Below are positions 46,423 through 55,622 of a stretch of DNA of 64,000 nucleotides, piece by piece. The notes below the pieces were generated by a model, which worked only from the letters and a program-made list of their open reading frames with translations, was not told the DNA's origin and ran no database searches. This DNA comes from Planctomycetia bacterium. GTDB taxonomy: Bacteria > Planctomycetota > Planctomycetia > Pirellulales > PNKZ01. The stretch is from the NCBI GenBank assembly GCA_021413845.1, contig JAIOPP010000057.1, positions 81,690 through 145,689 of the forward strand, written 5' to 3'. Position numbers and translations under genes: made by a program. Position 1 is the stretch's first letter. The number at the start of each line of letters is the position of its first letter.

Positions 46423-49400
46423 ATGAGACAACCTGAGGAATTCATGGCGGAACCCGAACTCGTTCAGCAGCAAAACGCGGTGTTGCGCGATCTCGTCGGC
46501 ATGGTCGAACGTCGCAAGGCTGCCGGCGAAGAAGCCGAAGCACGTTATCAACAACGACTCTCCGAAGCGCGGCTCGCGCACGAAGCAGCGGGAAATCGGG
46601 CTCACGACGAATTCGGGAAGAAGCGGGCAGTCTTGGATCGTGAGTTCGCAGAGGTTCGCGAAGCGGTCAACGGCCGACTCCGGCTCGAATACGAATCATG
46701 CGAACGCGAGTATCACACGTCGACCCGCGACGTTAACGATGCCTACTCGGGAGAAATGCGCTCGGCCAAACACAACCATGAGCAGGCCCGCTGGGAAGGC
46801 AATACGGTCTACGATGCGAAGAAGCATGTCCCTCGACGCGAATTCAAAGAACGTGAGAAGCAGATCAAGCTCAAGTCCGAGCGGATCGCGGAACTCGAAA
46901 CGGCCTTCTTCGAACGACTGATCGAGTTGCGTCGGCCGCTGCCGAGCCGCGTCGTCGACGACGAACGACCGATCGAAGAGATGGATCCGGGAGAACCGCT
47001 GGAAGAACCGGCCAAGCAATGGCAAGAGCACGCTCAAACGGCCGAAGCGCTGTTGGGAAAATTGCGAACGAAGTTCGTACCGTCGCTCTTTCGAGGCATT
47101 GCGCCGTTGTGGGTTGCGGCATTCCCAGCGGCACTGGTAGCCGTGCCGGTAGGGTTTGCCGTCGAGTGGAAGGACCCCTTACCGATCGGGATCGCAGCCG
47201 GATGCGGATTGCTGGCGGGGATCGGCCTTTGCATTTGGTTGTGGAAGCTCGGCAAGAAACAAGTCGTGCAACTGCACGCGGGGTTTCTCAAGACGATGAT
47301 CGCCGTCGAAGAACTTCGGCGCCGCTGGCTCTGCCAAGAATTAAATCGCACCAGGAAAATGCAAGCCGAAATCAAGAAGCGTCACGACGACGATCTGGCG
47401 CAAGCCGACTTCGATTTCAAGACTCGCGAGCAAGTCTCCGTGGAGACTCGCGATCGGAAGCGTGCGGCGTTGGAACAGAAGTATGTGCCGCAACTAGCAC
47501 AGATGCGGGAGTTGCACGAAGGGCATGTCCGCAACGCGCAGGTCAACTTTCCGCAGCGTGCCGCCGATCTGGAAACGGCACGAGAGAAAGCCCTGGTCGC
47601 GGCCGACGACGACTTGCAGCAAGCGAAGAACGACGCCCAGGAACTACTCGATCAAGATTGGCAACGGATTTCCGCGCTCTGGCATACCGGCGTCGAACGC
47701 ATTCGCTCGGAGACCGAAGAGATCGGCCGCGTTTGTCGCGGCTTGTTCCCGACATGGAACGATAAGAGTTGGGACAAATGGGAACCGGGCGAGGGGATCG
47801 CTCCGGTTTTGCAATTCGGTAAGTTCGATGTCACGCTCGATCGTCTTCCGGGCGGAGAGCTACCGGTCGATCGACTCGGCAATCGCAATCCGCCGCGTTA
47901 TACGTTGCCGGCGATGTTGTCGTTTCCCGAACGCTGCTCGATGCTCATCAAGACGAGCGGCTCCGGCCGCGCCGAGGCGGTGCAAACGCTGCAAACCGTG
48001 ATGATGCGATTCCTCACGTCGTTGCCGGCCGGAAAAGTTCGCTTCACGATCATCGATCCCGTCGGGCTCGGACAAAACTTCGCCGGCTTCATGCATCTCG
48101 CCGACTTCGACGAGAAGCTCGTCGGTAGCCGCATCTGGACGGAGCCGCAGTTCATCGAACAGCGACTCGCCGACCTCACTTCGCACATGGCGAACGTGAT
48201 TCAGAAATACTTACGCAACGAATTCGACACCATCGAAGACTACAATCGCCATGCGGGCGAAGTCGCCGAACCGTATCGCATTCTCGTCGTCGCCAACTTT
48301 CCGTTCAACTTTACGGACAATGCCGCGCGGCATTTGATGTCGATCATTTCCAGCGGCGCTCGGTGCGGCGTTTACACGCTGATGAGCGTCGACATGAAGC
48401 AGCGACTCCCGCACGGCTTCAATCTCTCGGATCTCGAGCAAAACGCGGTAAAGCTCGTCTGGAAAGACCAACGCTTCGTCTGCAAAGACGGCGACTGGGA
48501 ACATCTTCCGCTGCTGCTCGATGCGCCTCCGTCGCAAGACCGGTTCACGCAACTGTTGCAACGGGTCGGCGAACGTGCCAAAGCCGGCAGCCGCGTCGAG
48601 GTGCCGTTCGAATTCATCGCCCCACGCGACAACGATTGGTGGTCGAAGCAAAGCGGTTCGGAGATCGATGTCCCTCTCGGCCGTGCCGGAGCGACGAAGC
48701 GCCAACACTTGCAACTCGGCCACGGCACATCGCAACACGTCCTCATCGCCGGTAAGACGGGCTCCGGTAAGTCGACGATGATGCATGCGCTCATTACGAA
48801 CGTAGCGCTCTATTATAGCCCGCTCGAAGTCGAGCTTTACCTGATCGACTTCAAGAAAGGGGTCGAGTTCAAAACTTATGCGACGCATGATCTGCCGCAT
48901 GCCCGCGTCGTCGCGATCGAGAGCGAGCGCGAGTTCGGCCTGAGCGTACTGCAACGACTCGATGTCGAACTCAAGCTGCGCGGCGATCTGTTTCGCGATC
49001 TGAACGTGCAAGATGTGAAATCCTACCGTGAAGCGACCGGGAAGCATCTGCCGCGCATGCTATTGATCATCGATGAATTCCAAGAGTTTTTCATCGAAGA
49101 CGACAAGATCGCTCAAGAAACGTCGTTGCTGCTCGATCGCTTGGTGCGGCAAGGTCGTGCGTTCGGCGTGCATGTGCATCTCGGCACGCAAACGCTCGGC
49201 GGAGCCTATAGCCTCGCCCGCACGACGCTCGGCCAAATGGCGATCCGCATCGCGCTGCAATGCAGCGAAGCCGACTCGCACTTGATTTTGAGCGAAGACA
49301 ATCCGGCGGCCAGACTTCTCACGCGTCCCGGCGAAGCGATCTACAACGACGCCAACGGGCGCGTCGAAGGGAACCATCTGTTTCAAGTCGTTTGGCTGAC

Positions 49401-50397
49401 GGATGACAAACGAGAAGATTACCTCAAACGGATCCGCGCGCTTGCCGAACAGCGCAACGTGCTTCCGGCAACGCCGCAGATCGTGTTCGAAGGAAATGTG
49501 CCGGCGAATATCGAGAAAAACCATCTACTCACGGCCGCGCTCGATGCGCCTCGTTGGGCCGAGCAACTCACTGCGGCCCACGCTTGGCTCGGCGAAGCGA
49601 TCGCGATTAAAGATCCGACGATGATCACGTTCCGCCGACAAGGGGGCAGCAACGCACTTATCTTGGGTCAGCAAGGCGAAGCGGCTTTGGCGATGGAAGT
49701 CGTGGCGCTTACGAGCCTCGCGGCGCAGCACTCGGCCGATACTCAGCGCGGGGCTTCGTTCTACGTGCTCGACGGTTCGCCGCCGGATGCGATGCACGCC
49801 GGCTACTGGCAACGAGCAAGCGCGACCTTTCCGCATCGCTGCCAAGTCGGCGGCTTGCGCGATACCGGCCGGCTGGTCGGTGAGATTTCCCAAGAACTCA
49901 CGAAGCGCCAGGCCGATGGAGCGGTCGGCGTCGGCGAAATCTACCTCGTCGTCCACGATCTCCAGCGCTTCCGCGATCTGCGTAAAGCGGAAGATGATTT
50001 CGGCTTCGGTCGCGGCGAAGAGAAACCGAATCCCGGCAAGCAGCTTGCCAATATTCTCCGTGAAGGGCCGTCGCTCGGGATCCACACGATCATTTGGTGC
50101 GACTCGCTGAACAACTTCCAACGGACCTTCGATCGGGCCGCGATGCGCGAGTTCGAAGTCCGCATTCTGTTCCAAATGAGCCAAGCCGATTCCGCCAACC
50201 TCATCGACTCTCCCGCAGCCGGCCGGCTCGGGCCGAACCGGGCGTTGCTCTACAGCGAAGAGCAAGGGAGGCTCGAGAAGTTCCGGCCGTACAACGTGCC
50301 CGACGACGAATGGCTGAAGACCACCGGAGCGCGACTGCTCGCGAAGCGTGACGAAGCACCGGCCGGCGCCGCTCCGGCAGATGCTGCAACTACTTAG
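46423..50397 (+). CDS. FtsK/SpoIIIE-family membrane ATPase with three P-loop domains (EssC/EccC-like)
   Basis: 1324 aa. ~225-aa coiled-coil N-region and two TM helices (aa ~226-247 and 253-274). Domain 1 is degenerate (IKTSGSGRAE). Domain 2 is canonical (Walker A GKTGSGKST at 48751-48777, Walker B LLIIDEF at ~49060, GRAFGVHVHLGTQ, RIALQCSEADS). Domain 3 is degenerate (ILGQQGEAAL, LVVHDLQRF). An alternative start is ATG 46444, preceded by GAGGA. Confidence 0.9.
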   Translation: MRQPEEFMAEPELVQQQNAVLRDLVGMVERRKAAGEEAEARYQQRLSEARLAHEAAGNRAHDEFGKKRAVLDREFAEVREAVNGRLRLEYESCEREYHTSTRDVNDAYSGEMRSAKHNHEQARWEGNTVYDAKKHVPRREFKEREKQIKLKSERIAELETAFFERLIELRRPLPSRVVDDERPIEEMDPGEPLEEPAKQWQEHAQTAEALLGKLRTKFVPSLFRGIAPLWVAAFPAALVAVPVGFAVEWKDPLPIGIAAGCGLLAGIGLCIWLWKLGKKQVVQLHAGFLKTMIAVEELRRRWLCQELNRTRKMQAEIKKRHDDDLAQADFDFKTREQVSVETRDRKRAALEQKYVPQLAQMRELHEGHVRNAQVNFPQRAADLETAREKALVAADDDLQQAKNDAQELLDQDWQRISALWHTGVERIRSETEEIGRVCRGLFPTWNDKSWDKWEPGEGIAPVLQFGKFDVTLDRLPGGELPVDRLGNRNPPRYTLPAMLSFPERCSMLIKTSGSGRAEAVQTLQTVMMRFLTSLPAGKVRFTIIDPVGLGQNFAGFMHLADFDEKLVGSRIWTEPQFIEQRLADLTSHMANVIQKYLRNEFDTIEDYNRHAGEVAEPYRILVVANFPFNFTDNAARHLMSIISSGARCGVYTLMSVDMKQRLPHGFNLSDLEQNAVKLVWKDQRFVCKDGDWEHLPLLLDAPPSQDRFTQLLQRVGERAKAGSRVEVPFEFIAPRDNDWWSKQSGSEIDVPLGRAGATKRQHLQLGHGTSQHVLIAGKTGSGKSTMMHALITNVALYYSPLEVELYLIDFKKGVEFKTYATHDLPHARVVAIESEREFGLSVLQRLDVELKLRGDLFRDLNVQDVKSYREATGKHLPRMLLIIDEFQEFFIEDDKIAQETSLLLDRLVRQGRAFGVHVHLGTQTLGGAYSLARTTLGQMAIRIALQCSEADSHLILSEDNPAARLLTRPGEAIYNDANGRVEGNHLFQVVWLTDDKREDYLKRIRALAEQRNVLPATPQIVFEGNVPANIEKNHLLTAALDAPRWAEQLTAAHAWLGEAIAIKDPTMITFRRQGGSNALILGQQGEAALAMEVVALTSLAAQHSADTQRGASFYVLDGSPPDAMHAGYWQRASATFPHRCQVGGLRDTGRLVGEISQELTKRQADGAVGVGEIYLVVHDLQRFRDLRKAEDDFGFGRGEEKPNPGKQLANILREGPSLGIHTIIWCDSLNNFQRTFDRAAMREFEVRILFQMSQADSANLIDSPAAGRLGPNRALLYSEEQGRLEKFRPYNVPDDEWLKTTGARLLAKRDEAPAGAAPADAATT

Positions 50398-50433
50398 CCC
50401 CGTGTCGTTGACGCCCCGTTCGCCGGAGCAAGT

Positions 50434-52077
50434 ATGAAACCGTTCTCATCGTGCGTCGCCGTGCTCTTAGCAATCGCCGCGATGCCGGCCCTTGCGCAAG
50501 GCCAAGCGAAACCTGTCCCGAACGCCGCGGGACTACCGCTTCATGCCGATGTCCTCTTCGCAGGAGCGACGATCTACGACGGCACCGGTGGCGCGGGGTT
50601 CGTCGGCAACGTCGCGATTCGCGGCGGCGAAATCATCGCCGTCGGCGATACGAGCGCGGTCACGGTCGTCGAGCAGAAGATCGATTGCCGGGGCCTCGCC
50701 ATTGCGCCGGGCTTCATCGATTTGCACACGCATAGCGATGGCCCCATCGTTGCTCCGACGACGCGTGCCAACGTCAATTACCTGACTCAAGGCTGCACCA
50801 CGATCGTGACCGGCAACTGCGGCTTCGGGCGACTCGATGTCGCAGCGTATCTCAAACAAATCGACGAGGCGGGAGCGGGCACGAACGTCGCCCATCTACT
50901 TCCCCACGGCACGGTGCGCGATAACGTTTTAGGGAAAACGGCTCGCGATCCGACGCCGGCAGAAGTCGAGAAGATGTGCGGCCTCGCAAACCAAGCGATG
51001 CGCGACGGAGCCTGGGGCATGGCGACCGGGCTCATCTATGTGCCGGCGACTTACTCGAAGACCGACGAGATCGTGGCGGTAGCGAAGGTCGTCTCGGCAC
51101 ATGGCGGTATCTATGCGAGCCATATTCGGAACGAAGCGAAACAACTTCTGACGGCGATCGAAGAGGCGCTCGAGATCGGACGCCGCGGCGACCTACCGGT
51201 GCATATCTCGCACTTCAAAGCCAACGGCCACGAGGCTTGGGGAACGCTGCATCTCGCCGCCGAACTGATCGAGAAAGAACGCAAGGCCGGCCGGAAAGTA
51301 ACCGCCGATCAGTATCCCTACACGGCATCGTCCACGAGCCTGGAAGCGACGCTCCTGCCGGCTTGGAGCCGAGAAGGGGGGCGAACTTCGATCGAAGCAC
51401 GCATCGCCGACCCTGTGCAGCGAGCGAAAATTCGACGCGAAGTCGAGTTGGAACTAGCTGGTCGAACGCGCGTGCAAATCGCGGGCTACGGACCGCGGCG
51501 CGACTGGGTCGGCAAGAGCATCGACGAGATCGGAGCGATGGAAAAGCGCGAACCGGTCGAGATCGTGCTGGAAATGGAAGCCAACGGCGGAGCGCGCGTC
51601 GTGAGCTTCGGCATGAACGAAGACGACGTGCGCCTCGCGATGCGCTTACCGTGGGTTGCTACGGCCTCGGACGGCAGCGCGAAGATGCCCGACGCCGACA
51701 TGCCGCACCCGCGCAGCTTCGGCACGTTCACCCGCAAGCTCGGAGCCTATGCCGTGCGCGAGAAAGTCATCTCGGTAGCACAAGCCGTGCGCAGTTCGTC
51801 AGGTCTTCCCGCCGATATCTTGGGGCTGAAAGATCGGGGCTATCTCAAACCTGGGCAAGCGGCCGACATCGCCGTATTCGACCCTCAGCAGGTGATCGAC
51901 CGGGCAACGTTCGAGAAGCCGTATCTCTATTCGACGGGAATGCGATATGTCTACGTGAACGGCAAGCCGGCGATCTACGAAGGAACGCCGACAGGGGTGC
52001 TGGCCGGGAAGTCGCTGCGGCACGATTCACGAAAGAGGGGAGGGGGCGAGAGCCAGGGTTCGGAGAAGAAGCCTTAA
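50434..52077 (+). CDS. N-acyl-D-amino-acid deacylase (D-aminoacylase) family amidohydrolase, secreted
   Basis: Signal peptide MKPFSSCVAVLLAIAAMPALAQG. Blocks APGFIDLHTHSD, ASHIRNE, VHISHFK, WVATASDG and SFGTF are typical of the family. Confidence 0.85.
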   Translation: MKPFSSCVAVLLAIAAMPALAQGQAKPVPNAAGLPLHADVLFAGATIYDGTGGAGFVGNVAIRGGEIIAVGDTSAVTVVEQKIDCRGLAIAPGFIDLHTHSDGPIVAPTTRANVNYLTQGCTTIVTGNCGFGRLDVAAYLKQIDEAGAGTNVAHLLPHGTVRDNVLGKTARDPTPAEVEKMCGLANQAMRDGAWGMATGLIYVPATYSKTDEIVAVAKVVSAHGGIYASHIRNEAKQLLTAIEEALEIGRRGDLPVHISHFKANGHEAWGTLHLAAELIEKERKAGRKVTADQYPYTASSTSLEATLLPAWSREGGRTSIEARIADPVQRAKIRREVELELAGRTRVQIAGYGPRRDWVGKSIDEIGAMEKREPVEIVLEMEANGGARVVSFGMNEDDVRLAMRLPWVATASDGSAKMPDADMPHPRSFGTFTRKLGAYAVREKVISVAQAVRSSSGLPADILGLKDRGYLKPGQAADIAVFDPQQVIDRATFEKPYLYSTGMRYVYVNGKPAIYEGTPTGVLAGKSLRHDSRKRGGGESQGSEKKP

Positions 52078-52096
52078 TCGGTTCGCCGGCGCGCGA

Positions 52097-53527
52097 TCAG
52101 ATGTCGTCTCCTTGAATGTAGATCTCTTCCTTGAAATACCGCGACCAAACGGAAAACGCCACCGCCACGACGAGCATCAGCGTCGTGAACAGCGCGAAGT
52201 ATTGGATGTCGGTGATCTTGCTGTTACCGTCTTCATCACTGATCGCGTGGTTGATGTACGCCGTGAGCACGTTTCCGAGTGAAACGCTCAGCAGATAGAA
52301 CGCCATCACGAGCGACTTCATCCGTCGCGGTGCCTGCATGTAGGAATACTCCAGGCCGGTGATGGAGACCATCACTTCGCCGGCTGTGATGATCGCATAG
52401 GCCAAGATCTGCCACAGCGCCGTCGGCTTCACGCCCACCGCTCGCCCATCGACGATCTTCATCTCGATCAACAGCGACACGCCGAATGCGGCCGCCGTGA
52501 ACAGGAAGCCGATGCCGATCTTGCGGAGCGGCGTCAACCGAAACCAGCGATTCAGCGTGGGATAGACGACGTAGTTGAACAGCGGAATGAAGATCATCAC
52601 CAAGAGCGGATTCACCGCTTGCAATTGAGCGGGCAAAAGATCGAGCCCGAAGATATGACAGTCGAGCTCCTTCGCTTGCTGTACCCACGAGGAGCCGTGC
52701 TGATCGTAGAGCGTCCAAAAGAAGAGGATGAAGAAGTACAACGGCAACAGTCGCAAAAACGTTCGGCGCCCTTCCGGGCCAGTCACTTCCTTGAGAAACG
52801 ACGCGCCGCCCGGCGGGATGTGGGCATACTTATGACGCCCGAGCCAGAAGACGATCGTTGCGATGAACATCAGCACGCCCGGCAGCCCGAAAGCGTAAGC
52901 GGCGCTGGAATGCGATTCGGGAATCAAGTCGGCGAAGATCCATTTGCGAGCCAAAATCATCGGCGTTAGGAGCGAGGAGAAGAGGGCGCCGAAGTTGATC
53001 GAGAAGTAGAACCAACCGTAGACTCGCTCGAGCAGGTGCTTGTTGAGAGGACCGAACTGATCGCCGACGTGCGCCGAAACGCACGGCTTGATGCCGCCGG
53101 TGCCGATGGCGACGAGTCCGAGGCCGACGAACAGCCCGAGCCGCGTTTCATCGAGCGCGAGTGCCAGATGCCCGAAGCAATAGACGAGCGAGAGCCAGAT
53201 GATCGTGCGATACTTGCCCCAAAGATAATCCGCGAAGAACGCGCCGATGATCGGGAAGGCATAGGCGCTCGCTTCGAAGATATGAAAGTAGAAGTTCGCG
53301 TCGGCGTCTTTCATCCCGCGAGGCTGCCCGGCCCCCATGATCAGGTAGTCGGTCATGAAGACCATCAGGATGGCTTTCATACCGTAGAAGCTAAACCGTT
53401 CGGCCGCTTCGTTGCCGACGATATACGGAATGCCGGGCGGCATCGTGGAGATCGGTTCCGGCGCCGTGCGGTAGCCGGCGTGCATATCGGCGGCAACACC
53501 GGAAGAAGCGGGGGGGGAGTCAGGCAT
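52097..53527 (-). CDS. Proton-dependent oligopeptide transporter (POT/PTR2 family)
   Basis: NEAAERFSFYGMKAILMVFM (the ExxERFxYYG-type motif), GAFFADYLWGKYRTI, GTGGIKPCVSAHVGDQF, and multiple TM helices. Confidence 0.9.
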   Translation of the reverse strand: MPDSPPASSGVAADMHAGYRTAPEPISTMPPGIPYIVGNEAAERFSFYGMKAILMVFMTDYLIMGAGQPRGMKDADANFYFHIFEASAYAFPIIGAFFADYLWGKYRTIIWLSLVYCFGHLALALDETRLGLFVGLGLVAIGTGGIKPCVSAHVGDQFGPLNKHLLERVYGWFYFSINFGALFSSLLTPMILARKWIFADLIPESHSSAAYAFGLPGVLMFIATIVFWLGRHKYAHIPPGGASFLKEVTGPEGRRTFLRLLPLYFFILFFWTLYDQHGSSWVQQAKELDCHIFGLDLLPAQLQAVNPLLVMIFIPLFNYVVYPTLNRWFRLTPLRKIGIGFLFTAAAFGVSLLIEMKIVDGRAVGVKPTALWQILAYAIITAGEVMVSITGLEYSYMQAPRRMKSLVMAFYLLSVSLGNVLTAYINHAISDEDGNSKITDIQYFALFTTLMLVVAVAFSVWSRYFKEEIYIQGDDI

Positions 53528-53736
53528 AGCGGGGGCTCTGGCAAGCGATGGGAGGTCGGAGCGACGGCCAGTTTATCCGATCTACAATTGCGCCCCAACT
53601 GCAAGGTGCATATTCTCTCCGCCGTATTCACGTCGTCACGCATGATCGAATAGACTACTGGTCGCCTCGGCCGATCGCCGGGCCTTTCCCAAGTTCCGTT
53701 TCTGCGATCGAACATTTTCGCTGCTACCGGTCACCG

Positions 53737-55125
53737 ATGATCGACTTTTTCGAATTCAGCCGTGAAATGCTTTGCTTAGCCAACCAGCAAGGCTATTTCA
53801 CGCGCGTGAATTCGGCCTGGACTCGAACTCTGGGCTGGTCGGCCGATGCGCTCACGAGCCGGCCTTATCTCGATTTCGTGCATCCCGATGACCTGAGCGC
53901 CACGATCCGAGAAGCCGCGTTGCTGAGAAACGCAAACCATGAAACGATCTGGTTCGAGAATCGCTATCGCTGCCTCGACGGTTCGTATCGCTGGCTGAGT
54001 TGGCGCGTCACGGTAGTGCCCGAAACGCATCAATTGGTCTGCTCCGCGCGCGACATCACCGAACGTCGTACGGCTCAAGAAGCCTTGCGCGAAATGGCAG
54101 AGCGCTTTCGAGTCTTCATGGACAATAGCCCGACGACGGCCTGGGCCAAAGACGAAGAGGGCCGCATCGTCTTTCTCAACCGCGCGGCGGAAACGATGTT
54201 CCACTTTACCGGCCGCGACGACTGGTACGGCAAGACCGACTTCGACTTCTGGCCGCGTGAGGTGGCGGAAAAACTGCAAGAGAACGATCGTAAGGTCTTA
54301 GCAAGCAACGAATCGTTTCGGTTCTTCGAAGACACAGTCTCGACGGACGGGCGACTTTATCGTTGGGTGACGGTTTTGTTTCCTTACCGCGATCGACTGG
54401 AGCGGAAGTTCGTCGGCGGAATCGCAATCGATATTTCCGAGCTAAAACAAGCGGAAGAAGCACTGAAGCAAGAACGAGATCTGTTGCGCAATCTACTTGA
54501 GTTGCAAGAGCGCGAGAAACAACATCTTTGTCACGAATTTCACGACGGGCTGATCCAATATGCGGTGGGCGCATTGATGTCGCTGGAAGGCTCGACGCGT
54601 AATCGGCCCGTCGACGACCGTACGCACGAGATCGCCGCGGCGATCGTCAACTTGCGCAAGGGAATCGAAGACGGCAGACGAGCGATTCGCGGAATCCGTC
54701 CGTCCGTGCTCGACGACTCGAACCTGGATGCCGCGCTCGAAGACTTGATCGATCAATTCAAGGGCTCGGGCATCATGATCAAAGTCGATTGCGATCCTCG
54801 CATCGGCTCGCTGTCGAAGTCGCTGCAGACGACCCTTTACCGCGTCGTGCAGGAAGCATTGAATAACGCTCGAAAATACAGCGGCACCGATGTGGTCCGT
54901 ATCGAGTTGAAGAAAGCGGACTCCGAACTGCATTTAGAGATCCGCGATTTCGGCTGCGGCTTCGAGGTCGGGCCTGCGCGTAAACGAGGCTTCGGACTAT
55001 TGGGCATGACCGAACGTGTGCGCCTCCAAGGGGGCGACATGACGATCACCAGCGAGTTAGCGGTGGGCACAAAGATCGTCGCCCGACTACCGATCCCGAT
55101 GTGCGAACCTGAAACGACGAGTTGA
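53737..55125 (+). CDS. Orphan sensor histidine kinase (2 PAS + HisKA_3 + HATPase_c)
   Basis: Start set at ATG 53737; the track start at 53548 would leave only 20 nt of divergent intergenic space. H-box CHEFHDGLIQYA, N-box EALNNARKYS, G-box IRDFGCGF. Confidence 0.85.
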   Translation: MIDFFEFSREMLCLANQQGYFTRVNSAWTRTLGWSADALTSRPYLDFVHPDDLSATIREAALLRNANHETIWFENRYRCLDGSYRWLSWRVTVVPETHQLVCSARDITERRTAQEALREMAERFRVFMDNSPTTAWAKDEEGRIVFLNRAAETMFHFTGRDDWYGKTDFDFWPREVAEKLQENDRKVLASNESFRFFEDTVSTDGRLYRWVTVLFPYRDRLERKFVGGIAIDISELKQAEEALKQERDLLRNLLELQEREKQHLCHEFHDGLIQYAVGALMSLEGSTRNRPVDDRTHEIAAAIVNLRKGIEDGRRAIRGIRPSVLDDSNLDAALEDLIDQFKGSGIMIKVDCDPRIGSLSKSLQTTLYRVVQEALNNARKYSGTDVVRIELKKADSELHLEIRDFGCGFEVGPARKRGFGLLGMTERVRLQGGDMTITSELAVGTKIVARLPIPMCEPETTS

Positions 55126-55169
55126 ATGGATTCCGGTGCTGAACGGATTAGCTCGCCGTGAAGCTTGCG

Positions 55170-55622
55170 CTATTGCGTCAGCAAGTTCGCGTCGTCGATC
55201 CAAACGCCGCCGGTCGCTGGATGGTAGAGCCAGCCGGCATCGTCGGCCCCGCCGGCAGCGGTCGGCGGATTCGCATTGGCCGTCGTGACCTTAGCGCTGC
55301 CGGTCAGCGGATTCACCGGCAGGGTTTGCATATAGGGCCCGTATGGGAAGGCCGAGGTCGTGCCGATCGTGCCTGCAGCGTTTGACTTGAGGGCAAGATC
55401 GCCGAGATTCGTCGGCAGCTTGCCGCTGTGATGAAGCTTGTAGAGTTCGATCTGCGATCGCAGCATCTTCAGGTTGAACTTCGCTCCGTTCGTCTTCGCA
55501 TCCTTCGTCGAATCGGTGAACTGCGGCAGAATCACTCCGGCCAAGATCGCCACGATGACGACGACGATCATCACTTCGACGAGTGTGAAACCGCGTCGGA
55601 TCGTTAACACACGTCGACTCAT
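55170..55622 (-). CDS. GspG/PulG-like major pseudopilin (prepilin-type N-terminal methylation domain)
   Basis: RRGFTLVEVMIVVVIVAILAGVILPQFTDSTKDAK...LRSQIELYKL is a canonical G|FTLVE signal with a GspG-like N-terminal half. 150 aa. Confidence 0.85.
   Translation of the reverse strand: MSRRVLTIRRGFTLVEVMIVVVIVAILAGVILPQFTDSTKDAKTNGAKFNLKMLRSQIELYKLHHSGKLPTNLGDLALKSNAAGTIGTTSAFPYGPYMQTLPVNPLTGSAKVTTANANPPTAAGGADDAGWLYHPATGGVWIDDANLLTQ

Noticed and set aside
48211-50265. Minus-strand ORFs (278 aa, 154 aa, 246 aa) antisense to the FtsK/EssC-like gene
   Set aside because: Shadow ORFs. The plus frame encodes three recognisable FtsK-type domains.
46423-50397. Interpretation of the 1324-aa ATPase as the housekeeping chromosome translocase FtsK
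   Set aside because: It has three tandem P-loop domains, only two TM helices preceded by a long coiled coil, and no C-terminal gamma (KOPS-binding) domain. It also sits directly after WXG100-like genes.
50976-52115. 379-aa out-of-frame ORF inside the D-aminoacylase gene
   Set aside because: The product is Arg/Gly/Ser-rich junk, and the main frame has HxH and other amidohydrolase blocks.
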